Source: an uncultured Candidatus Rokubacteria bacterium
GTDB taxonomy: Bacteria; Methylomirabilota; Methylomirabilia; Rokubacteriales; DASRDR01
Length of the DNA: 64,000 nt
Assembly (NCBI GenBank): GCA_963826115.1
Contig: CAWGVS010000005.1
Span: 192,001 to 256,000 of the forward strand
Direction: 5' to 3'
Below the pieces are notes generated by a model. It saw only the letters and a list, made by a program, of their open reading frames with translations. It was not told the DNA's origin and made no database searches. Shown piece by piece: positions 1 through 9,615 of the stretch (the first letter of the stretch is position 1; every line of letters begins with the position of its first letter). A program made the translations under genes and the position numbers.

Positions 1-867
1 GAACGCGCGACGCAACGTCTCGACGCGGTCCTTCGGGGTGCCCGGCGGCACGACGAACGGACGCGCAAACGCGCCGGTGTTCTGGAGACCGACCTGGATC
101 AGCCGGCGCCCCTCGTCGGACTTGGCGAGGTTGATTGCGAGCGGCACGTTCGGGAGGTCCGCGAAGGGCTTGCCCGTCGCCTGCACGACGGGCACCACGT
201 CGCCCGCCTCGAGCGCGGCGCGCCAGGTCGACCGCATGGACTCCCACGACCAGCAGGCCCCCGCGAGCTCGCCGCCGTCGACGGCCAGGCGGATCTCCGC
301 GGTCCCCCGGTAGCCGGACACGACCTGGATCGGAAGCCCCAGCACGGCCCGGAGCACCCGCGCGGAGTTGTCCGGGGAGGCACCGGGCGCGACGCCGCCC
401 AGCTTGACGGGCGTCTTCGAGGCGGCCCACTTCTCGACGCTCGTGACGCCGCCGGCCTTGGTGAGGGAGCACACCACGTCTTCTTTCACCGCCGCCCCGA
501 TGAACTCGAACTTCCGCGCGTCGAACTCGACCCCGGGCTGCCCCAGCACCTGGCCGAGCATGAGCGACCCGTTGAACTTGCCGATCGTGAGCCCGTCCGG
601 CTTCGCCACCTTGTACACGTGGTTGGCCGAGATCAGGCTGCCCGCCCCCGTCATGTTCTCCACGACGAAGGTCGGGTTGCCGGGGACGTGCTTCCCCATG
701 TGGCGCGCGATGACGCGCGCGTACGTGTCGAACCCGCCGCCGGGGGCCAGGCCGACGATGACGCGCACCGTCTTGCCCTCGTAGAAGGATTGGGACTCCG
801 CGAGGCGGTGCCCGCCGACCGCGACGAGCGCGAGAAGGACCGTCAGGGCGAGTCGCCAGCTACGCAT
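1..867 (-). CDS. Bug/TctC family tripartite tricarboxylate transporter substrate-binding protein (runs off left edge)
   Basis: Manual translation from ATG 867 (AGGAGG upstream): signal peptide then FYEGKTVRVIVGLAPGGGFDTYARVIARHMGKHVPGNPTFVVENMTGAGS...KPDGLT, typical TctC N-terminus. Confidence 0.9.
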   Translation of the reverse strand, partial: MRSWRLALTVLLALVAVGGHRLAESQSFYEGKTVRVIVGLAPGGGFDTYARVIARHMGKHVPGNPTFVVENMTGAGSLISANHVYKVAKPDGLTIGKFNGSLMLGQVLGQPGVEFDARKFEFIGAAVKEDVVCSLTKAGGVTSVEKWAASKTPVKLGGVAPGASPDNSARVLRAVLGLPIQVVSGYRGTAEIRLAVDGGELAGACWSWESMRSTWRAALEAGDVVPVVQATGKPFADLPNVPLAINLAKSDEGRRLIQVGLQNTGAFARPFVVPPGTPKDRVETLRRAF

Positions 868-948
868 GTGACCTCCTGGTGATCGGAGTGACCCCAACAT
901 GGCCGGATCGCGGCCGAGCACGTCGGCCCGCCGCGGCGCGACGACGTC

Positions 949-2085
949 TCAGGCGGCCGCACTGTCCATCTTCGGCGGTACCCACCGGCCGGCGCGGACA
1001 GCTCCCGAGGGCACGAGTCGCGTCGTGCCCGCGACGCGCTCGCCCATCGCATCCTCGAAGGTCACCGGCCCCTCGCGGATCGCGAGGAGCGTCACGTCGG
1101 CCGCCGCCCCGGGACGGAGCGAGCCGAGGACGCCGTCGTGGCCGATCACCCGGGCAGGGGCGCCGGTCGTCATGGCAACCACCTCGTCGAGCGGGAGCCC
1201 GAGGTGGAGGAACTTCGACATGGTGGTCGCAAGGTCGAAGACGGGCCCCTCGAGGTTGTAGACGTGAAGATCGCTCGAGATCGTCCCGGGCCGGAACCCC
1301 TGGGCGAGGCCGCGGCGCGCGACCGCGAAGCTGAACGAACCCTTCCCGTGACCCACGTCGAAGAGCACGCCGCGGGCGGCGGCCTGGCGGGCGGCCTGGG
1401 TCACCGTGCCGCGGGCGTCCAGGATGCCCTCATCGCGCCCGTGGTAGCAGTGGGTCACGACGTCGCCGGGCCGGAGCGTCTCCAGGATCTCGGCGAGGGT
1501 GATTGGCGTGTCCCCGACGTGGACCATGATCGGCAGCCGCGCAGCCTCGCCCGCTTCCACTGCCGTGCGCAGGGCGACCCGGGCGTTCGCGCCGACGAGG
1601 TCACGCGAGAGCCGGACCTTGATGCCGCGGATCAGGTCGCGGTGGGCCTCGATCGTGCGGAGTGCGGCCGCGCGGTCGATGTGGCGGACCTCCTCGAGCT
1701 CCCCGACGGTCGGGGACACCATCCCGGTCGCCGAGATGTTCAGGAAGGGCACGATGCGTGTCGCCGACACGTCGATCACGTACCGACGGAAGGCGCCGAA
1801 CGTGTGCGCGCCCGCCGAGCCCGCGTCGACCACGGTGGTCGTGCCGGTGCCGAGGCAGTGGGGATCCGGCTCGATGCCGTAGTGGGACGCGCCCCAGAAC
1901 ACGTGGACGTGGAGGTCGACCAGCCCGGGAAGCACCAGCCGGTCCCGGGCGTCGATGACATCCTCGCCCGGCCTCGGCGCCAGGCCGTCGGCGACCTCGA
2001 GGATCCGATCGGCGTCCAGACGGACGTCCCGGCTCGCGTTGAGCCCCTGACCGGGATCGACGACCGTGCCGCCGCGGATCAGCAT
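949..2085 (-). CDS. Metal-dependent amidohydrolase (dihydroorotase-like/deacetylase family)
   Basis: Start MLIRGGTVVDP; PGLVDLHVH, GTTTVVDAGSAG, GIKVR, MVHVG, THCYHG, DVGHG, ISSDLH motifs. Confidence 0.85.
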   Translation of the reverse strand: MLIRGGTVVDPGQGLNASRDVRLDADRILEVADGLAPRPGEDVIDARDRLVLPGLVDLHVHVFWGASHYGIEPDPHCLGTGTTTVVDAGSAGAHTFGAFRRYVIDVSATRIVPFLNISATGMVSPTVGELEEVRHIDRAAALRTIEAHRDLIRGIKVRLSRDLVGANARVALRTAVEAGEAARLPIMVHVGDTPITLAEILETLRPGDVVTHCYHGRDEGILDARGTVTQAARQAAARGVLFDVGHGKGSFSFAVARRGLAQGFRPGTISSDLHVYNLEGPVFDLATTMSKFLHLGLPLDEVVAMTTGAPARVIGHDGVLGSLRPGAAADVTLLAIREGPVTFEDAMGERVAGTTRLVPSGAVRAGRWVPPKMDSAAA

Positions 2086-2232
2086 CGCCAGATCCCCGGC
2101 CGGCGGTCGGGTGGGCGCTCCGCCGGTGTCATCGCGCGCCGATGATAGACGAGGCGCCCGAGACCCCGCAACCACACCGCGAGCGCGACCCGGCTTGACA
2201 AGGATGCCCATCCGGGGCAGTTTCGCGGCGAT

Positions 2233-2490
2233 GTGAGCGTGTACCAGGTCCAGAAGCTGCTTTTCCACGTCAACCGCGACCCGCAGCTCCAGGCGCGCTT
2301 TGTGTCCGACCGCGAGTCGCTCGTGGCGAGCTACGACCTCACGGCGGACGAGCGGCGCGCGGTCGTCGCGCCGGATTTCCACGCCCTCTACCAGATGGGC
2401 GTGCACTCGCTCCTCCTCGGGCCGCTCGCCGCGACGCTCGGCGTGAGCTTCCCCGACTACCTGGCGATCCTCCGGGGGACGAAGCGGTGA
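2233..2490 (+). CDS. LigA-like small subunit of aromatic ring-opening dioxygenase
   Basis: 85 aa with YDLTADERRAV...DFHALYQMGVHSLLL pattern; GTGA overlap with LigB-like gene. Confidence 0.75.
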   Translation: MSVYQVQKLLFHVNRDPQLQARFVSDRESLVASYDLTADERRAVVAPDFHALYQMGVHSLLLGPLAATLGVSFPDYLAILRGTKR

Positions 2491-3299
2491 GCCTGGTCGG
2501 GGCCTTCGCCGCCAGCCACGCGCCGGGCATCACCGGGCGGCCCACGCTCCCGCCGGCCGCCGAGTCCGAGGCGGTGTACGGCGCCTACCGGGCGCTGCGC
2601 GCCCGGCTCGAGGCCGCGCGCCCCGATGCCCTGGTGGTCGTCGCCCCGGAGCACTGGGCCAACTTCTTCCTGGACCACATGCCGTCCTTCTGCGTCGGCA
2701 TCGCCGACGAGTTCTCGGGCCCGACCGACGAGGACTTCGTGAAGATCCCGCGGCGCCGGGTTCGGGGTGACGCGCGACTCGGACGCGCGCTGGCTGAGGG
2801 GATCGCCGAGGACGTCGATCTCTCCTCGTCCCAGGAGCTCCAGTTCGACCATGGGGTGATGGTGCCGCTCCACCTCCTCGGCACGGAGCTTCCGGTGATC
2901 CCGATCATCGTGAACTGTCTCGCGGGGTTGCCGGCGCCGCTCCACCGCTGCCATGCGCTCGGGGTGGCCATCCGGCGCACGGTGGACCGGTGGCCGGAGC
3001 GCGTGGCGGTTCTGGGGACCGGGGGACTCTCCCACTGGCCCGCGATGCCCGAGTCGGGGCGGGTCGCCGTCGACTTCGACCGGCGCTTCCTCGACGCGTT
3101 CGTCAGCGGCCGCGTCGGCACCTTCCTCGGCTATCGGCGCGAGGCGCTCGAGGCGGAGGCGGGGCCGGGCGGCCACGAGATCCGCACGTGGATCGCGGTC
3201 GCCGCCGCGGCGGGCGACGCGCGAGGGACGGTGCTCGCGTATCAGCCGGTGCCCGCCTGGTCCACCGGCTGCGCCGTCGCGTCGCTGGATCCGCGCTAG
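2487..3299 (+). CDS. LigB/MhpB-type class III extradiol ring-cleavage dioxygenase
   Basis: ASHAP, EHWANFF, FDHGVMVPL, GTGGLSHWP, HEIRTW motifs. Confidence 0.85.
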   Translation: MSLVGAFAASHAPGITGRPTLPPAAESEAVYGAYRALRARLEAARPDALVVVAPEHWANFFLDHMPSFCVGIADEFSGPTDEDFVKIPRRRVRGDARLGRALAEGIAEDVDLSSSQELQFDHGVMVPLHLLGTELPVIPIIVNCLAGLPAPLHRCHALGVAIRRTVDRWPERVAVLGTGGLSHWPAMPESGRVAVDFDRRFLDAFVSGRVGTFLGYRREALEAEAGPGGHEIRTWIAVAAAAGDARGTVLAYQPVPAWSTGCAVASLDPR

Positions 3300-3322
3300 C
3301 GCCGGCTCGCGACGAGCTCGTG

Positions 3323-5656
3323 ATGGGCCCGTTCGGCGTCGGGCAGCCCGTCAGGCGGTTCGAGGACGCCCGGCTGCTGCGCGGGGGCGGGCGCTACCAC
3401 CACGACGTCAACCTGCCGGGTCAGGCCCACGCCGTCGTCGTGCGATCGATCCACGCCCACGCCCGCATCCTCGGCGTGGACGCGTCCGCCGCTCGCGCGG
3501 CGCCCGGCGTGGTCGCGGTCTTCACGGGGGAGGACCTCGCGCTCGCCGGGCTCGGCAGCACGCGGACGACGCTCGCGCGCACGCGGCCCGACGGCTCGCC
3601 CATGTTCGCGCCGGCCCACCCCGTGCTGGTCCGCGACCGAGTGCGATGCGTGGGGGACCCGGTCGTCCTCGTCGTGGCCGAGTCGGTCGCCCAGGCGGAG
3701 GACGCGGCCGATCTGGTCCGGATCGACTACGAGCCGCTCCCCTCGGTGACGGCGACGGCCGAGGCGGCCCGGCCCGGCAGCCCGGCGGTGTGGGACGAAT
3801 GCCCCGACAACATCTCGAACGTCTTCGAGGCGGGTGACCGGGCAGCCGTCGACGCGGCGTTCGCCGTCGCCGACCGCGTCGTGCGCGGCCGATACGTCGT
3901 CACGCGCGTCCACGCCCAGTACATGGAGCCCCGCGGCGCGCTGGGCGTCTACGACGTGGGCGAGGACCGCTACACGCTCCATGCCGACGTGCAGTACCCG
4001 CACCGCGTCCGCAATGTGCTCGCGAGCAGCATCTTCCGGGTGCCGGAGCACCGGATCCGCGTCGTCGCGGAAGACATCGGGGGCGCCTTCGGGACGAAGG
4101 GCTGGCAGTACCCCGAGCACCGGCTGGTCCTGTGGGCCGCCCGGAGGCTCGCGCGCCCGGTGAAGTGGGCCTGCGAGCGTCGCGAGGCGATCCTGGCCGA
4201 CGAGCACGCGCGGGACACGGTGAGCGAGGCCGAGCTGGCCCTCGACGCGGCCGGGCGGTTCCTGGCGCTCCGCGTCCGCACCGTGGCGAACGTGGGCGCC
4301 TACGTGTCGTCGGACCGGAATCTCCTGGCGACCTTCATGAACGTCTCCACGCTGGTCGGCGTCTACACGATCCCGGCGGCCCACGTCCACGTCACCTGCG
4401 TCCTGGCGAACGTGAACCCGACCGCGCCGTATCGGGGTGCCGGCCGGCCGGAGTCCACGTACGTGATCGAGCGGCTGATCGACGACGCGGCGCGCGAGCT
4501 TGGCCGGGACCGGGTGGAGCTGCGTCGGATCAATCTCATCCCTGCCTCGGCCATGCCGTACCGCACGGCGTTCCGGGTGGTCTACGACGGCGGCCAGTTC
4601 GAGCAGGGGATGGACAAGGCGCTCGCGCTCGCCGACGTCGAGGGTTTCGCCCTGCGGCGCGAGGCGTCGCGGCGCCGGGGTCGGCTTCGCGGTCTGTCCG
4701 TGATCAACGCCATCGAGCGGGCGGCGTCTCCCCAGCCCGAGTTCGCGGAGATCCGCTTCGACCCGAGCGGGGGCGCCACCCTCCTCATGGGGACGAAGAA
4801 CCAGGGGCAGGGCCACGAGACCATGTTCAAGCAGGTGCTCCACGAACGGCTGGGTCTCGCCCCGGAAGCGGTGCGCTACGTCGACGGGGACACGGACCGC
4901 GTCGTCTTCGGGACGGGGACCTTCGGGTCACGGTCCGCGGCGATCGGCGGCTCGGCCCTGTGGGCCGCTGCCGACAAGGTGATCGCCAAGGGGAAGCGGA
5001 TCGCCGCCCACCTTCTCGAGGCGGCCGAGGCAGACCTCCAGTTCGCGCAGGGACGTTTCCGGGTGACGGGGACGGACCGGGCCGTCACGCTCACCGAGGT
5101 CGCGCGCGCCGCCTTTCAGCCGGCCCGGCTCCCGCCGGGACTCGAGCCGGGTCTCTACGAGACGGGGACGTTCGTGCCGGCGCAGGACACCTGGCCGAAC
5201 GGCTGCCACGTGTGCGAGGTCGAAGTCGATCCCGACACCGGGGCCGTCCAGGTCGTCGCCTACGTCGTCGTCGACGACGTCGGGACGGTCGTCAACCCGC
5301 TCACCCTCGAGGGCCAGATCCAGGGCGGGGTCGCGCAGGGCGCGGGGCAGGCCCTCATGGAGGAAGTGGTCTACGACCGGGAATCCGGCCAGCTCCTGAC
5401 CGCGTCCTTCATGGAGTACGCGATGCCGCGCGCGGACACGCTCCCCGACCTCGTCATCGGCAGCAACCCCGTGCCGACCGCGCTGAACCCGCTGGGGGCG
5501 AAGGGGGCGGGGGAGGCCGGCACCGTGGGCGCCCTGCCGGCCGTCATGAACGCGGTGATCGACGCGCTCGCGCCCCTCGGGGTCCGGCACCTCGACATGC
5601 CGGCGACTCCGGAGCGCGTGTGGCGCGCCATCGAGGAGGCCAGGCGAGCGACATGA
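3323..5656 (+). CDS. Xanthine dehydrogenase family molybdopterin-binding large subunit (CoxL form II-like)
   Basis: RRFEDARLLRGGGRY start, IGGAFGTK, YRGAGRPE, QGQGHET, GQIQGGVAQG, GAKGAGE; start trimmed to ATG 3323. Confidence 0.9.
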   Translation: MGPFGVGQPVRRFEDARLLRGGGRYHHDVNLPGQAHAVVVRSIHAHARILGVDASAARAAPGVVAVFTGEDLALAGLGSTRTTLARTRPDGSPMFAPAHPVLVRDRVRCVGDPVVLVVAESVAQAEDAADLVRIDYEPLPSVTATAEAARPGSPAVWDECPDNISNVFEAGDRAAVDAAFAVADRVVRGRYVVTRVHAQYMEPRGALGVYDVGEDRYTLHADVQYPHRVRNVLASSIFRVPEHRIRVVAEDIGGAFGTKGWQYPEHRLVLWAARRLARPVKWACERREAILADEHARDTVSEAELALDAAGRFLALRVRTVANVGAYVSSDRNLLATFMNVSTLVGVYTIPAAHVHVTCVLANVNPTAPYRGAGRPESTYVIERLIDDAARELGRDRVELRRINLIPASAMPYRTAFRVVYDGGQFEQGMDKALALADVEGFALRREASRRRGRLRGLSVINAIERAASPQPEFAEIRFDPSGGATLLMGTKNQGQGHETMFKQVLHERLGLAPEAVRYVDGDTDRVVFGTGTFGSRSAAIGGSALWAAADKVIAKGKRIAAHLLEAAEADLQFAQGRFRVTGTDRAVTLTEVARAAFQPARLPPGLEPGLYETGTFVPAQDTWPNGCHVCEVEVDPDTGAVQVVAYVVVDDVGTVVNPLTLEGQIQGGVAQGAGQALMEEVVYDRESGQLLTASFMEYAMPRADTLPDLVIGSNPVPTALNPLGAKGAGEAGTVGALPAVMNAVIDALAPLGVRHLDMPATPERVWRAIEEARRAT

Positions 5657-5747
5657 CGGCGGGCCCTCCCGGCACATGTTCTGCACTGACTGTTCCCTGA
5701 TGGGCGCTCGGCTCGACGTCGCGTCAGGATTCGGACGGGCGCAATTC

Positions 5748-5777
5748 TTGACAACGCCGAGCGGGGCTTCGTATCGT
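5748..5777 (+). promoter_or_regulatory. Putative sigma70 promoter for GalT-like gene
   Basis: TTGACA (5748-5753), 18 nt, TATCGT (5772-5777) in an AT-richer intergenic gap. Confidence 0.55.
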
Positions 5778-5824
5778 TTGGCAACGATTGATGTTTTTCA
5801 ATCTGCACGAAGGTGGGGCTGCCG

Positions 5825-6832
5825 ATGCCAGGTGAACTGAGGAAGGATCCGGCGACCGGGAAGTGGGTGCTCGTCCGGCCGCGGGCGAGTAACAACGGCG
5901 GCCCCGGTCAAAGTGTCTGCCCGTTTTGTCCCGGGAACGAGCATCTGACCCCGCCGGAGATCGCCGTCTACCATCCCACGGCTGGCGGCGAGAAACGCGC
6001 GGGCTGGGAGGTCCGGGTCGTCCCCGAGCGCGACCCCTACTTCTTCATCGAGGAGGACCTGGTCCGCGAAGGCATCGGGATGTTCGACCGCATCTCGACG
6101 CGCGGCGCCAGCGAGATCGTCGTGGAGAGCCCAGACCACGACATGACGCTCCAGGCGGCCGACGAGGCTCAGCTCGAGCGGGTCCTCTGGATGTACCGGG
6201 ATCGTGTGAAGGACCTCAAGCGGGACCTGAAGATCCGGAACGTCGTCGTGACCCGCCGCTACGGGAAGCCCGGCTCCACCATCCGTCACCCGTACTCCCG
6301 GATCCTGGCGGCCCCGATCGTGTTCGACGACCTCCGGACCGAGCTGACCCAGGCACGGGAGTACTACGCCTACAAGCGGCGGTGCGTGTTCTGCGACACG
6401 ATCCGGGAGGAGGCGGCCGCAGGGGATCGCCTGCTCCAGATGACGTCCCACTTCGCCGCCTTCGTGCCGTACGCGGCCCGCGTGCCGTTCGAGCTCCGGG
6501 TGCTGCCGCGCCGACACGAGAGCGCGTTCGAGGCCATCACCCCGGACGAGGTGGCGGACCTCGCCCGCCTGCTGAAGAGCCTCAGCGGCCTCCTGGTCAA
6601 GGCGATCGGGGACCCCTCGTACCGGATGACCCTCCACACCGCCCCCAACCTGGCGGTGAAGATCGTCCAGGGGGAGTGGGACACCATCGAGCGGGATTAC
6701 CACTGGCACCTCGAGATCCTGGTCTATCCGGAGCGCGCCATGTGGGTGGCCGGGATCGCCGTGACCGACATGCTCCCCGAGGAGGCAGCCCGCATCCTCC
6801 GGGAGGCCGGGTCCCTCGACCGACCGCGGTGA
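5825..6832 (+). CDS. GalT-like HIT-superfamily nucleotidyltransferase with variant active site
   Basis: ELRKDPATGKWV, CPFCPGNEHLTPPE, EIVVESPDH, CVFCD, YHWHLEI; HPYSR where HPHxQ is expected. Confidence 0.8.
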   Translation: MPGELRKDPATGKWVLVRPRASNNGGPGQSVCPFCPGNEHLTPPEIAVYHPTAGGEKRAGWEVRVVPERDPYFFIEEDLVREGIGMFDRISTRGASEIVVESPDHDMTLQAADEAQLERVLWMYRDRVKDLKRDLKIRNVVVTRRYGKPGSTIRHPYSRILAAPIVFDDLRTELTQAREYYAYKRRCVFCDTIREEAAAGDRLLQMTSHFAAFVPYAARVPFELRVLPRRHESAFEAITPDEVADLARLLKSLSGLLVKAIGDPSYRMTLHTAPNLAVKIVQGEWDTIERDYHWHLEILVYPERAMWVAGIAVTDMLPEEAARILREAGSLDRPR

Positions 6833-6943
6833 CGGGCGCCGGACGGGTCCGACTGATCCGTCCGGTGGTGGACGCCCCTCGGAGATCGTCCACAGACCCC
6901 GTTCGACCCGCCTAGCCCCCTGAAATTTCAGCCGGTTCAGGCC

Positions 6944-6994
6944 TTGACAGGGCTGTAGCCGGGTGGCATCTTTAACTCCGACCAAACCGGTCGG
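6944..6994 (+). promoter_or_regulatory. isc promoter with IscR type-1-like operator
   Basis: TTGACA 6944-6949, 17 nt, CATCTT; then inverted repeat CCGACC-AAACC-GGTCGG (6978-6994) just upstream of the Rrf2 gene RBS. Confidence 0.6.
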
Positions 6995-7009
6995 CGATCA
7001 GGAGGGTCG

Positions 7010-7456
7010 GTGCTAAGGTTCAGCAAGAAGGCTGACTACGGGCTGATGGCGGTGCACTACATCGCTTTCCATCAGCACGACGGCGTCGTGAACACCAGGC
7101 GGATCGCCGAGGACCTCGGGATCCCGTCGGAGCTCCTGGCGAAGATCCTCCAGCGCCTCGCCAAGGGCAAGCTGATCGCGAGCGTCAACGGGCCCAAGGG
7201 CGGGTACGTCCTTGCCCGGGACCCGAGCCAGATCCGGGTGAGCGAGGTGCTGCGCGCCATCGAGGGGCCCCTTGGACTGGTGAACTGCTACCGGACGATG
7301 CAGTGCCCCCAGCTCGAGCGGTGCAACATCCGGCGTCCCGTGCTGGCGATCCAGAACGGCATCGAGCGATTCCTGGAGACCATGACCCTGGAGACGATGA
7401 ATACCTTGAACGAGCCGGCGCCCGTCGCTTCGAGGCTCGTCGCAACGCGGCACTGA
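7010..7456 (+). CDS. iscR: Rrf2 family Fe-S cluster transcriptional regulator
   Basis: SKKADYGL, GPKGGYVLAR, C-x5-C-x5-C; first gene of isc operon. Confidence 0.8.
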   Translation: MLRFSKKADYGLMAVHYIAFHQHDGVVNTRRIAEDLGIPSELLAKILQRLAKGKLIASVNGPKGGYVLARDPSQIRVSEVLRAIEGPLGLVNCYRTMQCPQLERCNIRRPVLAIQNGIERFLETMTLETMNTLNEPAPVASRLVATRH

Positions 7457-7467
7457 GGAGACGGCGC

Positions 7468-8697
7468 ATGGCGGTGAAGTTCCCGATCTTCATGGACAGC
7501 AACTCGACGACGCCCGTCGACCCGCGGGTGCTCGAGGCGATGATCCCGTATTTCACCGAGAAGTTCGGGCACCCCGGGAGCCGCAACCACTCCTTCGGCT
7601 GGGAGGCGGAAGGTGGCATGGAGCGGGCTCGCGAGCAGCTGGCCAAGCTGATCGGCGCGCGCGATCCCAAGGAGCTCGTCTGGACCTCGGGCGGCACCGA
7701 GGCCGACAACCTGGCGATCAAGGGCGTCGTGGAGATGTACCGGGAGAAGGGCGACCACATCGTCACCGCGGTGACCGAGCAGCGCGCGGTCCTGGACCCT
7801 TGCCGGCGGCTCGAGAAGCAGGGTTCGGCCCGGGTGACCTACCTGCCGGTCGACGCGATGGGCGTGGTCGACCCTGACGCCGTCCGCCAGGCGATCACCG
7901 ACAAGACGATCCTCGTCTCCATCATGCTCGCCAACAACGAGATCGGAACGATCCAGGCGGTCCAGGAGATCAGCAAGGTCGCGAAGGAGCGGGGGGTCCT
8001 CTTTCACACCGACGCGACCGAGGCCGTCGGCAAGATCCCGATCGACGTCGAGAAGATGGGGATCGACCTCATGTCCTGCACGGCCCACAAGATCTACGGG
8101 CCCAAGGGCATCGGGGCGCTCTACGTGCGGCGTCGCAACCCGCGGGTCCGCCTCGCGCCCATGATCGACGGCGGTGGCCACGAGCGGGGCGCCCGCTCCG
8201 GCACGGTGCCGGTCGCGCTGGCAGTGGGCTTTGGCCGGGCGGCGGAGATCTGCCGCGAGGTCATGCCCCAGGAAGCGGCGCGGCTCTCCCAGCTGCGGGA
8301 CCGGCTGCAGGACCGGATCCTTTCCTCGGTGGACGAGTCGTACCTGAACGGTCATCCGGAGCGCCGGCTGCCGCACACGTTGAACATCTCGTTCGCCTAC
8401 GTCGAGGGCGAGTCGATCCTGATGGGGCTGAACAAGGAAGTCGCGCTGTCCTCCGGGTCGGCCTGTACCTCGTCGACCCTCGAGCCGTCGTACGTGATCC
8501 AGGCGCTCGGCGTGGGCGCCGACCTGGCCCACTCCTCGATCCGGTACGGGCTGCACCGGTTCACGACCGAGGAGGAAGTGGACGTCGTCGGCGATCGGAC
8601 GATCGAGGTGGTGCGGAAGCTTCGCGAGATGTCCCCGCTCTACGAGCTGGCGAAGGAAGGCGTGGACCTCAAGTCCATCCAGTGGAAGGCTGAGTAA
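7468..8697 (+). CDS. iscS: Cysteine desulfurase IscS
   Basis: ATG 7468 after GAGGAG; HKIYGPKGIG, SSGSACTS, SPLYE...GVDLKSIQW C-terminus. Confidence 0.95.
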   Translation: MAVKFPIFMDSNSTTPVDPRVLEAMIPYFTEKFGHPGSRNHSFGWEAEGGMERAREQLAKLIGARDPKELVWTSGGTEADNLAIKGVVEMYREKGDHIVTAVTEQRAVLDPCRRLEKQGSARVTYLPVDAMGVVDPDAVRQAITDKTILVSIMLANNEIGTIQAVQEISKVAKERGVLFHTDATEAVGKIPIDVEKMGIDLMSCTAHKIYGPKGIGALYVRRRNPRVRLAPMIDGGGHERGARSGTVPVALAVGFGRAAEICREVMPQEAARLSQLRDRLQDRILSSVDESYLNGHPERRLPHTLNISFAYVEGESILMGLNKEVALSSGSACTSSTLEPSYVIQALGVGADLAHSSIRYGLHRFTTEEEVDVVGDRTIEVVRKLREMSPLYELAKEGVDLKSIQWKAE

Positions 8698-8712
8698 AGG
8701 AGAACGCCGCCC

Positions 8713-9129
8713 ATGGCTTACAGCGACAAGGTGATCGACCACTACAGCAACCCCCGGAACGTCGGGTCCTTCGGGAAGGACACCCCGGGCCTGGGGACCG
8801 GGCTCGTCGGCGCTCCCGAGTGCGGCGACGTGATGAAGCTGCAGATCAAGGTCAACTTGGACACCGGTGTCATCGAGGACGCCAAGTTCAAGACCTTCGG
8901 CTGCGGCTCCGCCATCGCCAGCTCGAGCCTGGCCACCGAATGGCTCAAGGGCAAGAGCGTTGACGATGCCCTGAAGATCAAGAACACGGACATCGTGAAC
9001 GAGCTGAAGCTGCCGCCGGTCAAGATCCACTGCTCGGTCCTGGCCGAGGACGCGATCAAGGCGGCGATCCGAGATTTCCAGGAGAAGTGGGCCGAGCGGC
9101 AGGCGGTCGCGGGCAAGGTCCAGGAGTAG
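8713..9129 (+). CDS. iscU: Fe-S scaffold IscU
   Basis: MAYSDKVIDHY, GAPECGD, FGCGSAIA, LPPVKIHCS. Confidence 0.97.
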   Translation: MAYSDKVIDHYSNPRNVGSFGKDTPGLGTGLVGAPECGDVMKLQIKVNLDTGVIEDAKFKTFGCGSAIASSSLATEWLKGKSVDDALKIKNTDIVNELKLPPVKIHCSVLAEDAIKAAIRDFQEKWAERQAVAGKVQE

Positions 9130-9169
9130 CGGGCGGCCGAGGGAGCGGTAGAGGGGAGGACGGGCGACC

Positions 9170-9496
9170 ATGGCGGTGTCGATGACCCCGGTGGCCGTCG
9201 ATCGGGTCAAGGACCTGATGACGAGCCAGAAGCTCGACAACGCCTTCCTGCGGATGGGTGTGCGGGGAGGCGGTTGCTCGGGCATGACCTACGACCTCCA
9301 GTTCGACAGTGAGCTGCGGAAGCACGACAAGCAGTTCGAGATCGAGGGGGTCAAGGTCGTCGTGGACGTCAAGAGCTACCTGTATCTGAACGGAACGACG
9401 CTCGACTACGTCACCCAGGGGCTGACTGGCGGGTTTACCTTCGTGAACCCCAAGGCGAAGTCGAGCTGCGGCTGCGGCACGTCGTTCACGGCCTGA
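9170..9496 (+). CDS. iscA: A-type Fe-S carrier IscA
   Basis: GGGCSG and CGCGTSF motifs. Confidence 0.93.
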   Translation: MAVSMTPVAVDRVKDLMTSQKLDNAFLRMGVRGGGCSGMTYDLQFDSELRKHDKQFEIEGVKVVVDVKSYLYLNGTTLDYVTQGLTGGFTFVNPKAKSSCGCGTSFTA

Positions 9497-9615
9497 GTTT
9501 TTTCACACGGGGCGGGGCGAGCGGCATCCCGACCTGACTCGAGGCGGAGCGGACAGCGATCTCTGACCGGGCCTCCTCCGAGGCCCGGTTGGTGTTTGGG
9601 GGACTGACGGCGGAG

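Noticed and set aside
3323-5656. True aerobic CO dehydrogenase
   Set aside because: Active-site loop is YRGAGR rather than AYxCSFR, and coxM/coxS are absent
7288-9285. Long antisense and alternate-frame ORFs (also 16392-19013, 20752-22470, 38624-40549, 50476-53124 and many others)
   Set aside because: Shadow ORFs expected at high GC: Arg/Pro/Gly-rich, no motifs, fully overlapping well-supported genes
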